Source: Candidatus Saccharimonadota bacterium (GTDB lineage Bacteria; Patescibacteriota; Saccharimonadia; Saccharimonadales; UBA4665). From it: 32,000 bases of DNA. Numbering within the stretch: the stretch's first letter is position 1; each line of letters starts with the position of its first letter. Shown in pieces: positions 8,708 to 16,544 of the stretch. Made by a program: the position numbers and the translations under genes. Below the pieces are notes generated by a model. That model ran no database searches and was not told where the DNA came from. It saw only the letters and a program-made list of their open reading frames with translations. Location of the stretch: the NCBI GenBank assembly GCA_002952755.1, contig CP025011.1, positions 1,410,001 to 1,442,000 on the forward strand, given 5' to 3'.

Positions 8708-9796
8708 TTAATTAAGAGTTGGAAAGGGAGAGCCTCGGTATCTAAATACAGCTTGCTGGCCTAGTACTCTATCTTCATCATCGGTCATCGGGACTACCAT
8801 ATCAGGGCCCCTGCCAAACACCCTCTGGGCTTGCCGTAGCATGAACTCTATTGAATTAGAGAAACCGAGATGCTCGTGCAAGCCACTTAGTACGAGACTG
8901 CCGCCAGGAACCATCAGCGCTGGGGCAGCGTGTATAGTCCCTCGGACAGTTCTCTCAGGCAAATGATGGGCTAGTGGCATAACTACCGCGCCATAACGAT
9001 GCCCTTTATCTTGCCTAAGCTCATTCACTATTGCCAGCCGAACAACTCCCTTCAAGATGTCATGACTGGTCAATACATGCTCTAAAGAAACGGTAAACAC
9101 TTCTTGGGCCATGGCTACAGAAAATGCCTCGTTAAAAACAGTGCTGCTAAATAAAGCCACATTCTTTAAGTGGTTTCGCTTCACGTATAGACTAAGCGCG
9201 GCGCTATCAGCCATGCTTGGTGCACACCAGGCTATTCCATCATGACGCTTGGGCAATTGAACCTCTAGCCCATCACGAGATGTTAGTTGGCCGTCTCCAT
9301 TAAGGCGAAACGCGCCCCTCATAAATGTTTGGGCAAATTCTGAACGCTCGTCCAATAGGTGGGGCCTGAGCAGTCCGGCGATAAAATAAGCAGCAGTCTG
9401 TTCAAAACGCTGATCATCATAACTTGGACTCTGTTCACGCAAACGTATCATGGCATCAGTAACCTCGTTGTCTACAGGGCCGATAAGCTCATCATAGCGT
9501 TGGGTAAACGACTCGAACGATTGCAGATGTGTCGGCAGACGCCCTTCCAGCATGAGCTGGTTATGTCGGTGCCGCATCGTGTCTTCGTCAGCAGGAATAC
9601 TAAGATTTGTGCCCTCTTCTGAAAGCGTCGATACAGTAGCAGCCAACCACTCTTCAAGCGGCACAATCTCAATATCCGGGCTCAATCCGAGTCTTTCGGT
9701 GGCGTATGCTAAAAGTTCTGGGTCAGAAAAAAGATGCCCACCCTGTTCAGATGGTTGTGACATATTTGTACCTTTTATAACTTCGTTATGGGTCAC
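8708..9796 (-). CDS. hypothetical protein
   Basis: 362-codon ORF convergent with the Fur-family gene. An alternative start is Met12 at 9763. No motif recognised with confidence. Confidence 0.55.
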   Translation of the reverse strand: MTHNEVIKGTNMSQPSEQGGHLFSDPELLAYATERLGLSPDIEIVPLEEWLAATVSTLSEEGTNLSIPADEDTMRHRHNQLMLEGRLPTHLQSFESFTQRYDELIGPVDNEVTDAMIRLREQSPSYDDQRFEQTAAYFIAGLLRPHLLDERSEFAQTFMRGAFRLNGDGQLTSRDGLEVQLPKRHDGIAWCAPSMADSAALSLYVKRNHLKNVALFSSTVFNEAFSVAMAQEVFTVSLEHVLTSHDILKGVVRLAIVNELRQDKGHRYGAVVMPLAHHLPERTVRGTIHAAPALMVPGGSLVLSGLHEHLGFSNSIEFMLRQAQRVFGRGPDMVVPMTDDEDRVLGQQAVFRYRGSPFPTLN

Positions 9797-9968
9797 GCTT
9801 CTAGAGACTATAAGCGCTTAAAAAACGGCCTAAAGCATGTGCGCGACCTGACGAGTATACCTCAGCCAGCCACCATAATACATGCCTATGTCTATAATAT
9901 GTTCGGGTCATGCGGACGCCAGCCAGCTAGATAATTACATACGGTGCAATTCTGTTATGATAGTGGTC

Positions 9969-10616
9969 ATGAGTCATCAGCAAGAAGAAATTGTCGATAT
10001 TTTGCAGCCGCCATTCTTCACCAAAACAGGCACGCATAAACCGCAATCCCAGGCCTGGAAAGACGGGGACTGGATTGGCACATTTAATTTGTGGATCGTA
10101 CAAGACAGTCCGCGCCCGGCGATTGTCTACCAAATGCGCAGCCCCGATTCCTCATGGGCGCCAAATAAACTCGATGTAACGGCTGGCGGCCACTACCAGG
10201 CCGGCAAGGAGCGGACAGACGGCTTGCGCGAAGTAGTCGAAGAACTAGGCAAGCACTATAAGCCTGAGCAGCTCACTTTCGTAGGACGTAAACTACATGT
10301 TGCGCCGGATGTACTCGGTAATGAACGCCGCAACATCATCGATATATCGCTGATAATTGATAACGCCCCGCTCGAGAGTTATATCCTGCAGCCAGAGGAA
10401 GTCTATGCTATCTGTATCTGCCCCATCGACGAACTCGTCAAAGTCCACAGCGACCCAACATATAGCTTTGAGACCGCAGCCCAGAGAAGCGACGGCACTA
10501 CCTGGGACATCAGCGTCACCAATGATTTATTCCCAGAGAATTGGGACGCCTACCACTTCAAAATGGCGCTGCTTGCCCAGCGCTTCCTACAGGGCGAACA
10601 GCACCTTATTTACTGA
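9969..10616 (+). CDS. Nudix hydrolase family protein
   Basis: Nudix-box-like GGHYQAGKERTDGLREVVEELG. The REVVEELG core is clear but the spacing is slightly non-canonical. The track ORF starts at 9882, but a TATAAT box at 9893-9898 lies inside that extension, so ATG 9969 (or 9957) is preferred. Confidence 0.7.
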   Translation: MSHQQEEIVDILQPPFFTKTGTHKPQSQAWKDGDWIGTFNLWIVQDSPRPAIVYQMRSPDSSWAPNKLDVTAGGHYQAGKERTDGLREVVEELGKHYKPEQLTFVGRKLHVAPDVLGNERRNIIDISLIIDNAPLESYILQPEEVYAICICPIDELVKVHSDPTYSFETAAQRSDGTTWDISVTNDLFPENWDAYHFKMALLAQRFLQGEQHLIY

Positions 10617-11455
10617 GCGAACTCAAGTGCGCTCTTGATTCGGGCGACTGATTCCTCCGCCCGGTAATCATCGAACCACAACACATGCCAGCCATGTTTC
10701 TCCGCTGCCATGAGATTGATGCGCGAATCGTCTACCAGTAAGATTTCCGAAGCAGGGGAGTGTGCTTTGAGCGTAGCCTGGGTGTACATCCTGGATTCTG
10801 GCTTAATAAGTCCGACTTCCGACGAATCAACGATTGCATCATAGGGCACATTAGGTATCAGGCCTTTTTGGATCAGCACATCGACAAAACCAGGCATAAT
10901 GTTCGTGAGCAGACCCACCCGGTAGTGCTGGGCTGTCCATTGGACCATTTTATGCATGGCAGGAATAGGCTCGATGGCGTCCATATAGTAGGCCTGCCAA
11001 TCGATCGGCTCAGCTGTGTGCAAGTCACTGGCCAGTTTGCGATTAAACGCGGCCATAGTCATTTCGCCCCGGCAAACGCGGTCGTTATAGTGCCAGAAGG
11101 TTGTCTCGATAATATCGGCCGAGGCACCTGTTTGCTGGCTTAGGCGAGTAAACGCCCGATGGAAAAAGCGTACAAGGCAACCATTAATGTCGAAATAAAC
11201 GAATGTAACGCCGCTTTTAGAACGCTGCCTGGGCCGGGGGCGTGCAGGCGCAACGCCGAGCAATTGATCTAAGCTCAATCCGAGCGCCGTGGCAATATTC
11301 TGAATCGTAAAAATCGAGGGCGACTTGATAGCTCCGCGCTCGATCTTGGTAAGCGTAGAGTAGCTCAGGCCAGCTTTTTGACACAGCGTCTGCTGCGTCA
11401 TGCCCGCCTTCACACGCGCCAACTGCAGGCGCTGGCCTAACCCCTCCTCATCCAT
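10610..11455 (-). CDS. XRE-family HTH domain fused to HAD-superfamily hydrolase-like domain
   Basis: N-terminal LGQRLQLARVKAGMTQQTLCQKAGLSYSTLTKIERG (Cro/C1 HTH). The C-terminal domain has HAD motifs: FDINGCL (motif I with Asn at Asp+2), LLTN, KPES and LVDDS. Its 3' end overlaps the Nudix gene by 7 nt, convergently. Confidence 0.8.
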   Translation of the reverse strand: MDEEGLGQRLQLARVKAGMTQQTLCQKAGLSYSTLTKIERGAIKSPSIFTIQNIATALGLSLDQLLGVAPARPRPRQRSKSGVTFVYFDINGCLVRFFHRAFTRLSQQTGASADIIETTFWHYNDRVCRGEMTMAAFNRKLASDLHTAEPIDWQAYYMDAIEPIPAMHKMVQWTAQHYRVGLLTNIMPGFVDVLIQKGLIPNVPYDAIVDSSEVGLIKPESRMYTQATLKAHSPASEILLVDDSRINLMAAEKHGWHVLWFDDYRAEESVARIKSALEFAQ

Positions 11456-11521
11456 AGCCTTATGATACCAGCTTATGGCAAAACTGCCTAGCGGACTAGC
11501 CGCAAACGGCCAGCTTTTTCC

Positions 11522-11549
11522 TTGGCCGAATCACGCAGACATGTACAAT
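11522..11549 (+). promoter_or_regulatory. sigma70-type promoter, leaderless configuration
   Basis: -35 TTGGCC (11522-11527), 16-nt spacer, -10 TACAAT (11544-11549). The ATG at 11557 is 7 nt downstream and has no Shine-Dalgarno sequence. Confidence 0.45.
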
Positions 11550-11556
11550 ATGAACT

Positions 11557-12678
11557 ATGAATATACTACGCAAAACCATCGTCGCACTAGCAGGGACATT
11601 TCTTGTACCGCTTTTATTTAGTTTCGGATTCGCCTGGAGCGTACATCAGGTCTTTGGCAACTCTACCGATATAAAACAAGCATTGAGAAGTAGCGGGTTG
11701 TATACCTCAGTTGTGGGTGAGGCATTGGATCAATCTCAAAGACAGCAACATAGCAATACTTCCAGTAGTGATGTGCCAGTAGGCGATCCGCACATCCGAG
11801 CCGCTATCCAATCTGCCTTTCCACCGTCCTACTTGCAGTCACAAACCGAAAATACCATCGACGCCACCTATGCCTGGATCCAGGGGAAGACACCGACACT
11901 GCAGTTCCGCATCGATATGTCCGGCGCCAAAGCTAAACTAGCCGATGGGGTCGGGCAATACGCCCAAGCACGTGTCGCTTCGCTGCCGCGCTGTGCTGCA
12001 ACTACCACTCCAAGCGGCGACATCGACCCGTTTACCGCCACCTGCGTACCAAAGGGGGTAGACGATGCGGCCATTGCCTCGGCCTCCCGTAACAACATCT
12101 TGCAAGGTGATTTTCTCAAGGACAGCACTATCACCGCCGACACCATTAAGACTAAAGACGGCATCACGCTGAATCAACAGCTTAAAAACGTACCGAAAGC
12201 GTACCAGAGGAGTGTCTCCGGCCTCTATATCAGCGGGGTCATCACGCTTTGTTTGCTTGTGGCTGTGGCATGTTTAAGCATAGATTGGCGTCATGGCGTG
12301 CGGCGGGCCGGCATCTTTATGGTTGTTATGGGAGCCTTCAGCGCAGCCAGCGCTTGGCTGGCCAGCTTTATTGTGCACAAAGTCGCAGTAAAGGTTGCAG
12401 AAAAACAAACCGCCGATACGCCGTTGCAAACGCAAATCCTCCATGTAGTACAGACACTGACTAACAACGTGCGAACCTGGTGGATGGCATATAGTATTAC
12501 ACTCCTCGTAGCGGGGACCGTTGCCATCCTGATTTCAGTACTGGTGAAACCGCGCTTAGATCAGAGTCAGGAGGTTAATCTCCCAAGTGGCGTCGATGGT
12601 ATTGAGGGGCTCCCGCAGGAAAACCTGCCAGCTGCCGTGCCCTCCAAAACTGCTCATCCTCGCAGGCCGCAGAAATAA
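11557..12678 (+). CDS. hypothetical polytopic membrane protein
   Basis: 373 aa. N-terminal TM segment (IVALAGTFLVPLLFSFGF), a ~200-aa extracytoplasmic region with Cys residues, then 3 C-terminal TM segments. No family recognised. Confidence 0.65.
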   Translation: MNILRKTIVALAGTFLVPLLFSFGFAWSVHQVFGNSTDIKQALRSSGLYTSVVGEALDQSQRQQHSNTSSSDVPVGDPHIRAAIQSAFPPSYLQSQTENTIDATYAWIQGKTPTLQFRIDMSGAKAKLADGVGQYAQARVASLPRCAATTTPSGDIDPFTATCVPKGVDDAAIASASRNNILQGDFLKDSTITADTIKTKDGITLNQQLKNVPKAYQRSVSGLYISGVITLCLLVAVACLSIDWRHGVRRAGIFMVVMGAFSAASAWLASFIVHKVAVKVAEKQTADTPLQTQILHVVQTLTNNVRTWWMAYSITLLVAGTVAILISVLVKPRLDQSQEVNLPSGVDGIEGLPQENLPAAVPSKTAHPRRPQK

Positions 12679-12781
12679 GTAAGGAAGTTTACGAGCCTCG
12701 GGCGAGTTTTTCACTCCTGGTTAAAGATAGGTAACTAGATACAGGATGGGGGTCCCGTATGACGGGAGGGCAAAAGGTTAC

Positions 12782-13384
12782 TCAAATTGCTAACGAATAG
12801 TTGTCGAGCGGCATTCCATTAAAATCAGGGGGTCCTAAATCTTTGATAAGCGAGAAGTGATCGACATGCTCGATCAGCTTAACCTTCGTATCGCCTGTCA
12901 GACGAGTAGCATCATCAAGATTAATTGGCCGGGTATACCGTGCAAGCGTGCAATGGGTGATGCCTGGTGGTTGTTTAGTACCTTCCGGCAGCGAAATTCG
13001 CTCAAGCAAGCGGACACGGATTGCATTCAACGCGGACGTATCGCTGGCCTTTATAATGATCGCCCCCTGACTCACAATGAGCTGATCGAACATAATATCG
13101 AATGGCGGGCAGGTGGACAGCACCTCGTGCACAATCCGGTTATACTTCTGATACCACTGCGCAAAATGTTCGGCCCGCGTTTTGTCTCTATACTCCGCAT
13201 CACAGATAATTTCCATAACCGTCACATGGAGGGCGGGAGGTTGCTGCAGCCAAATAGCGTCGCCAAAAGTCTGCACCAACTTTTCTTGTAGCGCTGCCAC
13301 ATATTGCGTTGCTGCTTTGCTCAATAAGATTGCTATATTATGCTCATCTTTAGAGTGTACTAGAGGGCTAGGAATTGTTAGCAT
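12782..13384 (-). CDS. 2H phosphoesterase superfamily protein (LigT / 2'-5' RNA ligase-like)
   Basis: Two H-x-T-x motifs at the expected spacing: LHVTVME and THCTLARY. The track start is TTG 13411; ATG 13384 (MLTIPSP) is preferred. Confidence 0.7.
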   Translation of the reverse strand: MLTIPSPLVHSKDEHNIAILLSKAATQYVAALQEKLVQTFGDAIWLQQPPALHVTVMEIICDAEYRDKTRAEHFAQWYQKYNRIVHEVLSTCPPFDIMFDQLIVSQGAIIIKASDTSALNAIRVRLLERISLPEGTKQPPGITHCTLARYTRPINLDDATRLTGDTKVKLIEHVDHFSLIKDLGPPDFNGMPLDNYSLAI

Positions 13385-13498
13385 GACGATATCATAGCAA
13401 GAAAAGAACAAAAATAGCCTAACTGTTCTGGCCCTAAATCTTCATATGTTGTTTGTTTTTTAGAGGACTCGACTAATCACTTACAGAGGAGTGGCTTC

Positions 13499-13650
13499 GA
13501 CACTGAGCAGGATAGTGAGCTTTGCCTTCTACAGAAAAACTTCCTCGGAATGCATTCCTGTGAGAGCTTTCCTTTCGCCAAACCTACGACTACGGTATCT
13601 TGCGCTACGCAAGATCCCTATCGTAGAACCAAACTCGGCGAATGTATCAA
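13499..13650. repeat. E1: ~150-nt structured repeat, degraded copy of E2
   Basis: Aligns by eye over its full length with 15311-15462 at roughly 80 percent identity. Contains the perfect hairpin ATCTTGCG-CTA-CGCAAGAT. Its left end (GACACTGAGCAGGAT) resembles the reverse complement of the tRNA-Arg 3' end. Confidence 0.7.
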
Positions 13651-13723
13651 GTAACGAAATGCGGAGCCCGGTTATTACAGAGCACTCCGTCTTGCGCGAT
13701 TAGTTAGCTGTTATGATTATTCC

Positions 13724-14290
13724 ATGCAACCCATAGAAGCTTTTAAACAACTCTGTTTGCTGTCAGTATTCATATTGCTCATTGGCCTTACTTTCTTGGC
13801 TATAAGGTGGCCAAAAGGCGTACATGCCACCTTCAGTCAGCATGCGGCAGTACAAAAGAAAACGATAGTTTACTATATTGTGCTGTTCATACTTGCCCTA
13901 CCACCACTTACTGCGTTCTTTATATTTTGGTTTGTGCCTACTTTTCATCTGAGTACCTGGTTTATTGCTTTTGCCGTATTGTCAGAGCTGTTTCAGCACA
14001 GCGTTACTTTTATACCGGAAGTTGGAGGCTGGAAAACGAAGTGGCATGTTTTCCTGACGAATTGCTCAGCGGCGTTGCTAGTTCCTATGCTTTTGATCTT
14101 GTTGGCTTCTTCCTATGTGACCGGGATAGCCAAGATTATCACGCTGCTTGGCTTATTTTCCATGCTATCAATAACGGCTTACTTCCAATCTATGAAGCTT
14201 GCTAATAAGCTTAAGTATCTAATGCTCCTGCAGGTGGGTTATTATGGAGCTTTCTTCATAGCAATACTCGTTACAGCCTATAGCTACTGA
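13724..14290 (+). CDS. hypothetical integral membrane protein (5-6 TM)
   Basis: 188 aa, almost entirely hydrophobic helices. AT-richer than its neighbours. Followed by a hairpin terminator inside repeat T-rep A. Confidence 0.6.
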   Translation: MQPIEAFKQLCLLSVFILLIGLTFLAIRWPKGVHATFSQHAAVQKKTIVYYIVLFILALPPLTAFFIFWFVPTFHLSTWFIAFAVLSELFQHSVTFIPEVGGWKTKWHVFLTNCSAALLVPMLLILLASSYVTGIAKIITLLGLFSMLSITAYFQSMKLANKLKYLMLLQVGYYGAFFIAILVTAYSY

Positions 14291-14300
14291 CCAAATAATC

Positions 14301-14401
14301 CCAACCCCGTCTAAGGTGTTAGCAAAAAGGAGCTTTTCTAAAAATCAAAAACAGAGGTACACATTGCCTCTGTTATGAGTTTTGTGATTATCAATTGGTA
14401 C
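14301..14401. repeat. T-rep A: ~100-bp direct repeat containing a terminator hairpin
   Basis: Shares TAAGGTGTTAGC ... AAAATCAAAAACAGAGG-loop-CCTCTGTTATGAGTTT ... GATTATCAATTGGTAC with 15213-15316. The stem ACAGAGG/CCTCTGT (14351-14373) is conserved while the loop has diverged. Confidence 0.75.
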
Positions 14402-14456
14402 GCCGTTGTAGATGAAGTTGTAACCTGTATTATACAGGAAGCTCTGGAGATGGACC

Positions 14457-14485
14457 TTTACATTCTAGACTGTCTAGACTATTAT
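14457..14485 (+). promoter_or_regulatory. toxin-antitoxin promoter with tandem TCTAGAC operator candidate
   Basis: -35 TTTACA (14457-14462) and -10 TATTAT (14480-14485). The 17-nt spacer consists of TCTAGAC-TG-TCTAGAC (14464-14479). The ATG at 14492 is 6 nt after the -10, so the mRNA would be leaderless. Confidence 0.55.
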
Positions 14486-14491
14486 GAACAT

Positions 14492-14740
14492 ATGATATGG
14501 CAACTGCAAGAAGCCAAGAACAAACTAAGCGAGGTCGTAGACACGAGCATTAACAATGGTCCGCAAATTATTAGTCGGCACGGCCATAATGCCGCTGTCG
14601 TCATTAGCTACGCGGACTATCAGCGCTACATAGCATCCACAAAAGGATTGAAGAAGACGCTCCTATCAAGCGGCCTGGACGAGCTTACATTGGCCCGAGA
14701 TAATTCCACTGTCGGTCGCACTACCGGCTTCTCGCTATGA
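14492..14740 (+). CDS. type II antitoxin, Phd/YefM family
   Basis: MIWQLQEAKNKLSEVVDTSINNGPQIISRHGHNAAVVISYADYQRY matches the Phd/YefM N-terminal pattern. 4-nt ATGA overlap with the PIN toxin gene. The track extension to 14375 lies inside repeat T-rep A and is rejected. Confidence 0.85.
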   Translation: MIWQLQEAKNKLSEVVDTSINNGPQIISRHGHNAAVVISYADYQRYIASTKGLKKTLLSSGLDELTLARDNSTVGRTTGFSL

Positions 14741-15165
14741 TAACGGGTTACTTACTTGACACCAATGCGATCAGTGAAGCGTCCAAAAAGAAGCCAGACA
14801 CTGGTTTTATTGAGTGGTTCACAAAAACCGATGAATTAGCCATGTTTACTTCTTGTATTGTGCTTGGTGAAATTAAAAAGGGTGTTTCACTCATCCGGGA
14901 CGAACCTAGACATAAACAGTTTGACACTCTTCTTGCTAAGCTCATCGTGCAGTTCGACGGTCGCATTGTAAATGTAGATAGTCGCACGGCTCTGCATTGG
15001 GGTGAACTACTGGCAACTGGCCAGCTCTCAGGGCAAACACCGCCTCTCATTGACGCGCTTATAGCCGCGCAATGTATTACACAGAATTTGATACTGGTAA
15101 CACGTAACATGAGAGATTTTGAGCAATTTGCAGGGGTCAAACTACACAGCCCCTGGGTCGGATAG
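14737..15165 (+). CDS. vapC: type II toxin VapC (PIN domain ribonuclease)
   Basis: N-terminal YLLDTNAISE (first acidic residue), LGEIKKG, and C-terminal LVTRNMRDF, as is typical of VapC. Translationally coupled to the antitoxin gene. Confidence 0.9.
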   Translation: MITGYLLDTNAISEASKKKPDTGFIEWFTKTDELAMFTSCIVLGEIKKGVSLIRDEPRHKQFDTLLAKLIVQFDGRIVNVDSRTALHWGELLATGQLSGQTPPLIDALIAAQCITQNLILVTRNMRDFEQFAGVKLHSPWVG

Positions 15166-15212
15166 TATATAAGTTTCCTATACTAATTCTGGCAATATAA
15201 GCCAACAAGAGT

Positions 15213-15316
15213 CCAAACCTAGCTTAAGGTGTTAGCGAAAAATGTAGTTTTCTGAAAATCAAAAAACAGAGGCACTGCTGACCTCTGTTATGAGTTTGTG
15301 GATTATCAATTGGTAC
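15213..15316. repeat. T-rep B: second copy of the ~100-bp terminator-containing repeat
   Basis: Direct repeat of 14301-14401. Hairpin ACAGAGG/CCTCTGT at 15266-15288. Runs straight into E2 at TTGGTAC. Confidence 0.75.
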
Positions 15317-15462
15317 ACCGGGGCAGGATAGCGGGCTTTGCCCTTCTACAGAAAAGCTTTCTCGGAATGCATTCCTGCGAGAGCTTTTCTTTCGCCGAAC
15401 TTACGACTACAGTATTTGCTGCGCAAATCCCTAGTCGTAGAACCAAATCAGACGAATGTACC
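15311..15462. repeat. E2: ~150-nt structured element beginning with a degenerate tRNA-Arg 3'-end copy
   Basis: Starts TGGTACACCGGGGCAGGAT, compared with TGGTACACCCGACAGGAT at the real tRNA-Arg end (15497). Three hairpins (GGGC-TTT-GCCC; a ~16-bp AGAAAAGCT...AGCTTTTCT stem; TACGACTA...TAGTCGTA enclosing ATTTGC-TGC-GCAAAT) are closed by GGTACA/TGTACC. Confidence 0.7.
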
Positions 15463-15499
15463 AAGCAAAAACCCCACACAAGGTGGGGCCTTTGCTTGG
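15461..15499. terminator. bidirectional hairpin terminator abutting tRNA-Arg
   Basis: CCAAGCAAA-AA-CCCCAC-ACAAG-GTGGGG-CC-TTTGCTTGG. The outer arm includes the complement of the tRNA CCA end. Confidence 0.6.
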
Positions 15500-15573
15500 T
15501 ACACCCGACAGGATTCGAACCTACGACCTTTGGCTCCGCAAGCCAACGCTCTATCCAGCTGAGCTACGGGTGC
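15497..15573 (-). tRNA. tRNA-Arg (anticodon GCG)
   Basis: Reverse complement is GCACCCGTAGCTCAGCTGGATAGAGCGTTGGCTTGCGGAGCCAAAGGTCGTAGGTTCGAATCCTGTCGGGTGTACCA. It folds into a cloverleaf by eye. Anticodon stem TTGGC/GCCAA with loop TTGCGGA. CCA is encoded. Confidence 0.85.
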
Positions 15574-15627
15574 GTGTGCAACAGGGGTAATTCTAGCACG
15601 TTTACCAGTTAATTACCAGTAAATATA

Positions 15628-15636
15628 TGGTAGAAT
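15628..15636 (+). promoter_or_regulatory. extended -10 promoter for tRNA-Ser(CGA)
   Basis: TGGTAGAAT (TGn plus -10) lies 14 nt upstream of the tRNA 5' end. Confidence 0.4.
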
Positions 15637-15650
15637 GGAGCAGTATTTAC

Positions 15651-15741
15651 GGAGAGGTCGCATAGTTGGTCTAGTGCGCTGCACTCGAAATGCAGTATGG
15701 GTGCAAGCCCATCGAGGGTTCGAATCCCTCCCTCTCCGCCA
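15651..15741 (+). tRNA. tRNA-Ser (anticodon CGA)
   Basis: GGAGAGG acceptor stem, anticodon arm CTGCA-CTCGAAA-TGCAG, long variable arm ATGGG-TGCAAG-CCCAT, T arm GAGGGTTCGAATCCCTC, and CCTCTCC-G-CCA at the 3' end. Confidence 0.9.
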
Positions 15742-15746
15742 GTATA

Positions 15747-15790
15747 AAACAGCCTGCTAACTAGCCTACTAACTAATATGCAGGCTGTTT
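15747..15790. terminator. bidirectional hairpin terminator
   Basis: AAACAGCCTGC ... GCAGGCTGTTT with a flanking A-run and T-run. Lies between tRNA-Ser(CGA) and the convergent CDS ending at 15805. Confidence 0.65.
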
Positions 15791-15804
15791 TTATTTTAGG
15801 CAGG

Positions 15805-16398
15805 TTAAAAACGAACGCGGCGCATCAGCTGATCGAACCCATCTCTGACAGCAGGCTGCATAGGCAAGTGTGCGCCGAGGGCGGTCATAATGGCGTGCTC
15901 GTCTTCTGGCGAAAAATAGATACTTAAAGGCGGCATAAAACGCTTTAGCGGAGCAAAGGTGATGCTGGTGAATGCCCCCTCGTTAATGAGTGCAAACGAT
16001 TTAAACTCGCCATAAGGGTGAAATTTCTGACCAATCGTCAGCCCGGACCGATCGAGCCGGTAGGTAAGTACGCGCGGTTGGCGCGACGTGGCATATCCCA
16101 GCACACAACTTAAAATTACAATCACGACTACCGAAAAAATGTCACGGGTAAGTGCAAAAATACCGACGGCCAACAGCAAGCCAATACCTCCAAATCCAAG
16201 ATACCAGGCGAAGCCTTTCTGGTGAGCTACGAACTCTGATGCCGTCCACTCGACATCCCCAGGCGCTGGGGCAGAGGGGCCGGGATTGGGGGTGGGGGTG
16301 TTGGCCGGTCCACTGCTTGGCGCGTATTGCCACCCGCTCTGAGGTTCCTGGCCGGTCGTTTTCTGATTGCCCTCATCCATATGCGCTTTATTGTACAA
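15805..16398 (-). CDS. hypothetical membrane protein (Pro-rich N-terminus, 2 TM, PH-like C-terminal domain suspected)
   Basis: 197 aa. Pro-rich N-terminal ~50 aa, then two adjacent TM helices (FAWYLGFGGIGLLLAVGIFAL, FSVVVIVILSCVLGY), then a ~90-aa soluble domain. The topology resembles YdbS/T-type bacterial PH-domain proteins; that link is an inference. Confidence 0.6.
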   Translation of the reverse strand: MYNKAHMDEGNQKTTGQEPQSGWQYAPSSGPANTPTPNPGPSAPAPGDVEWTASEFVAHQKGFAWYLGFGGIGLLLAVGIFALTRDIFSVVVIVILSCVLGYATSRQPRVLTYRLDRSGLTIGQKFHPYGEFKSFALINEGAFTSITFAPLKRFMPPLSIYFSPEDEHAIMTALGAHLPMQPAVRDGFDQLMRRVRF

Positions 16399-16544
16399 CG
16401 TAGCATTATTGGTTGGTAGAGGGAAGTATGCGCGCTGCTTACGATCATGAGGGGGGTGTTAGCATCTCAGACCGATGCTCATCTTTACAAACTGAGATAC
16501 GGTGACTGTCTGCAAAACAGTCGCAAAGCTGCTATCATCGGAAG

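Noticed and set aside
9882-9968. 5' extension of the Nudix ORF
   Set aside because: It contains a TATAAT box (9893-9898) and has an unusual Cys/Ile-rich composition. The conserved-looking sequence starts at about MSHQQEE (9969).
13491-13703. 70-aa ORF, and the similar 74/104-aa ORFs at 15298-15612, which share FYRK.SECIP.RAFLSPNLRL
   Set aside because: The peptide similarity simply reflects the E1/E2 nucleotide repeat. The 15338/15298 ORFs run antisense through tRNA-Arg and the terminator. There is no RBS, and the substitutions between copies preserve hairpins rather than a reading frame.
14375-14491. 5' extension of the antitoxin ORF (track start 14375)
   Set aside because: The extension starts inside the T-rep A terminator repeat and contains the promoter and operator (14457-14485). 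The Phd/YefM homology begins at Met 14492.
14301-15316. Integron-like attC interpretation of the T-rep repeats flanking vapBC
   Set aside because: There are only two copies. No RYYYAAC/GTTRRRY core sites could be convincingly placed, and there is no intI-like integrase in the window. The conserved part is a simple terminator hairpin.
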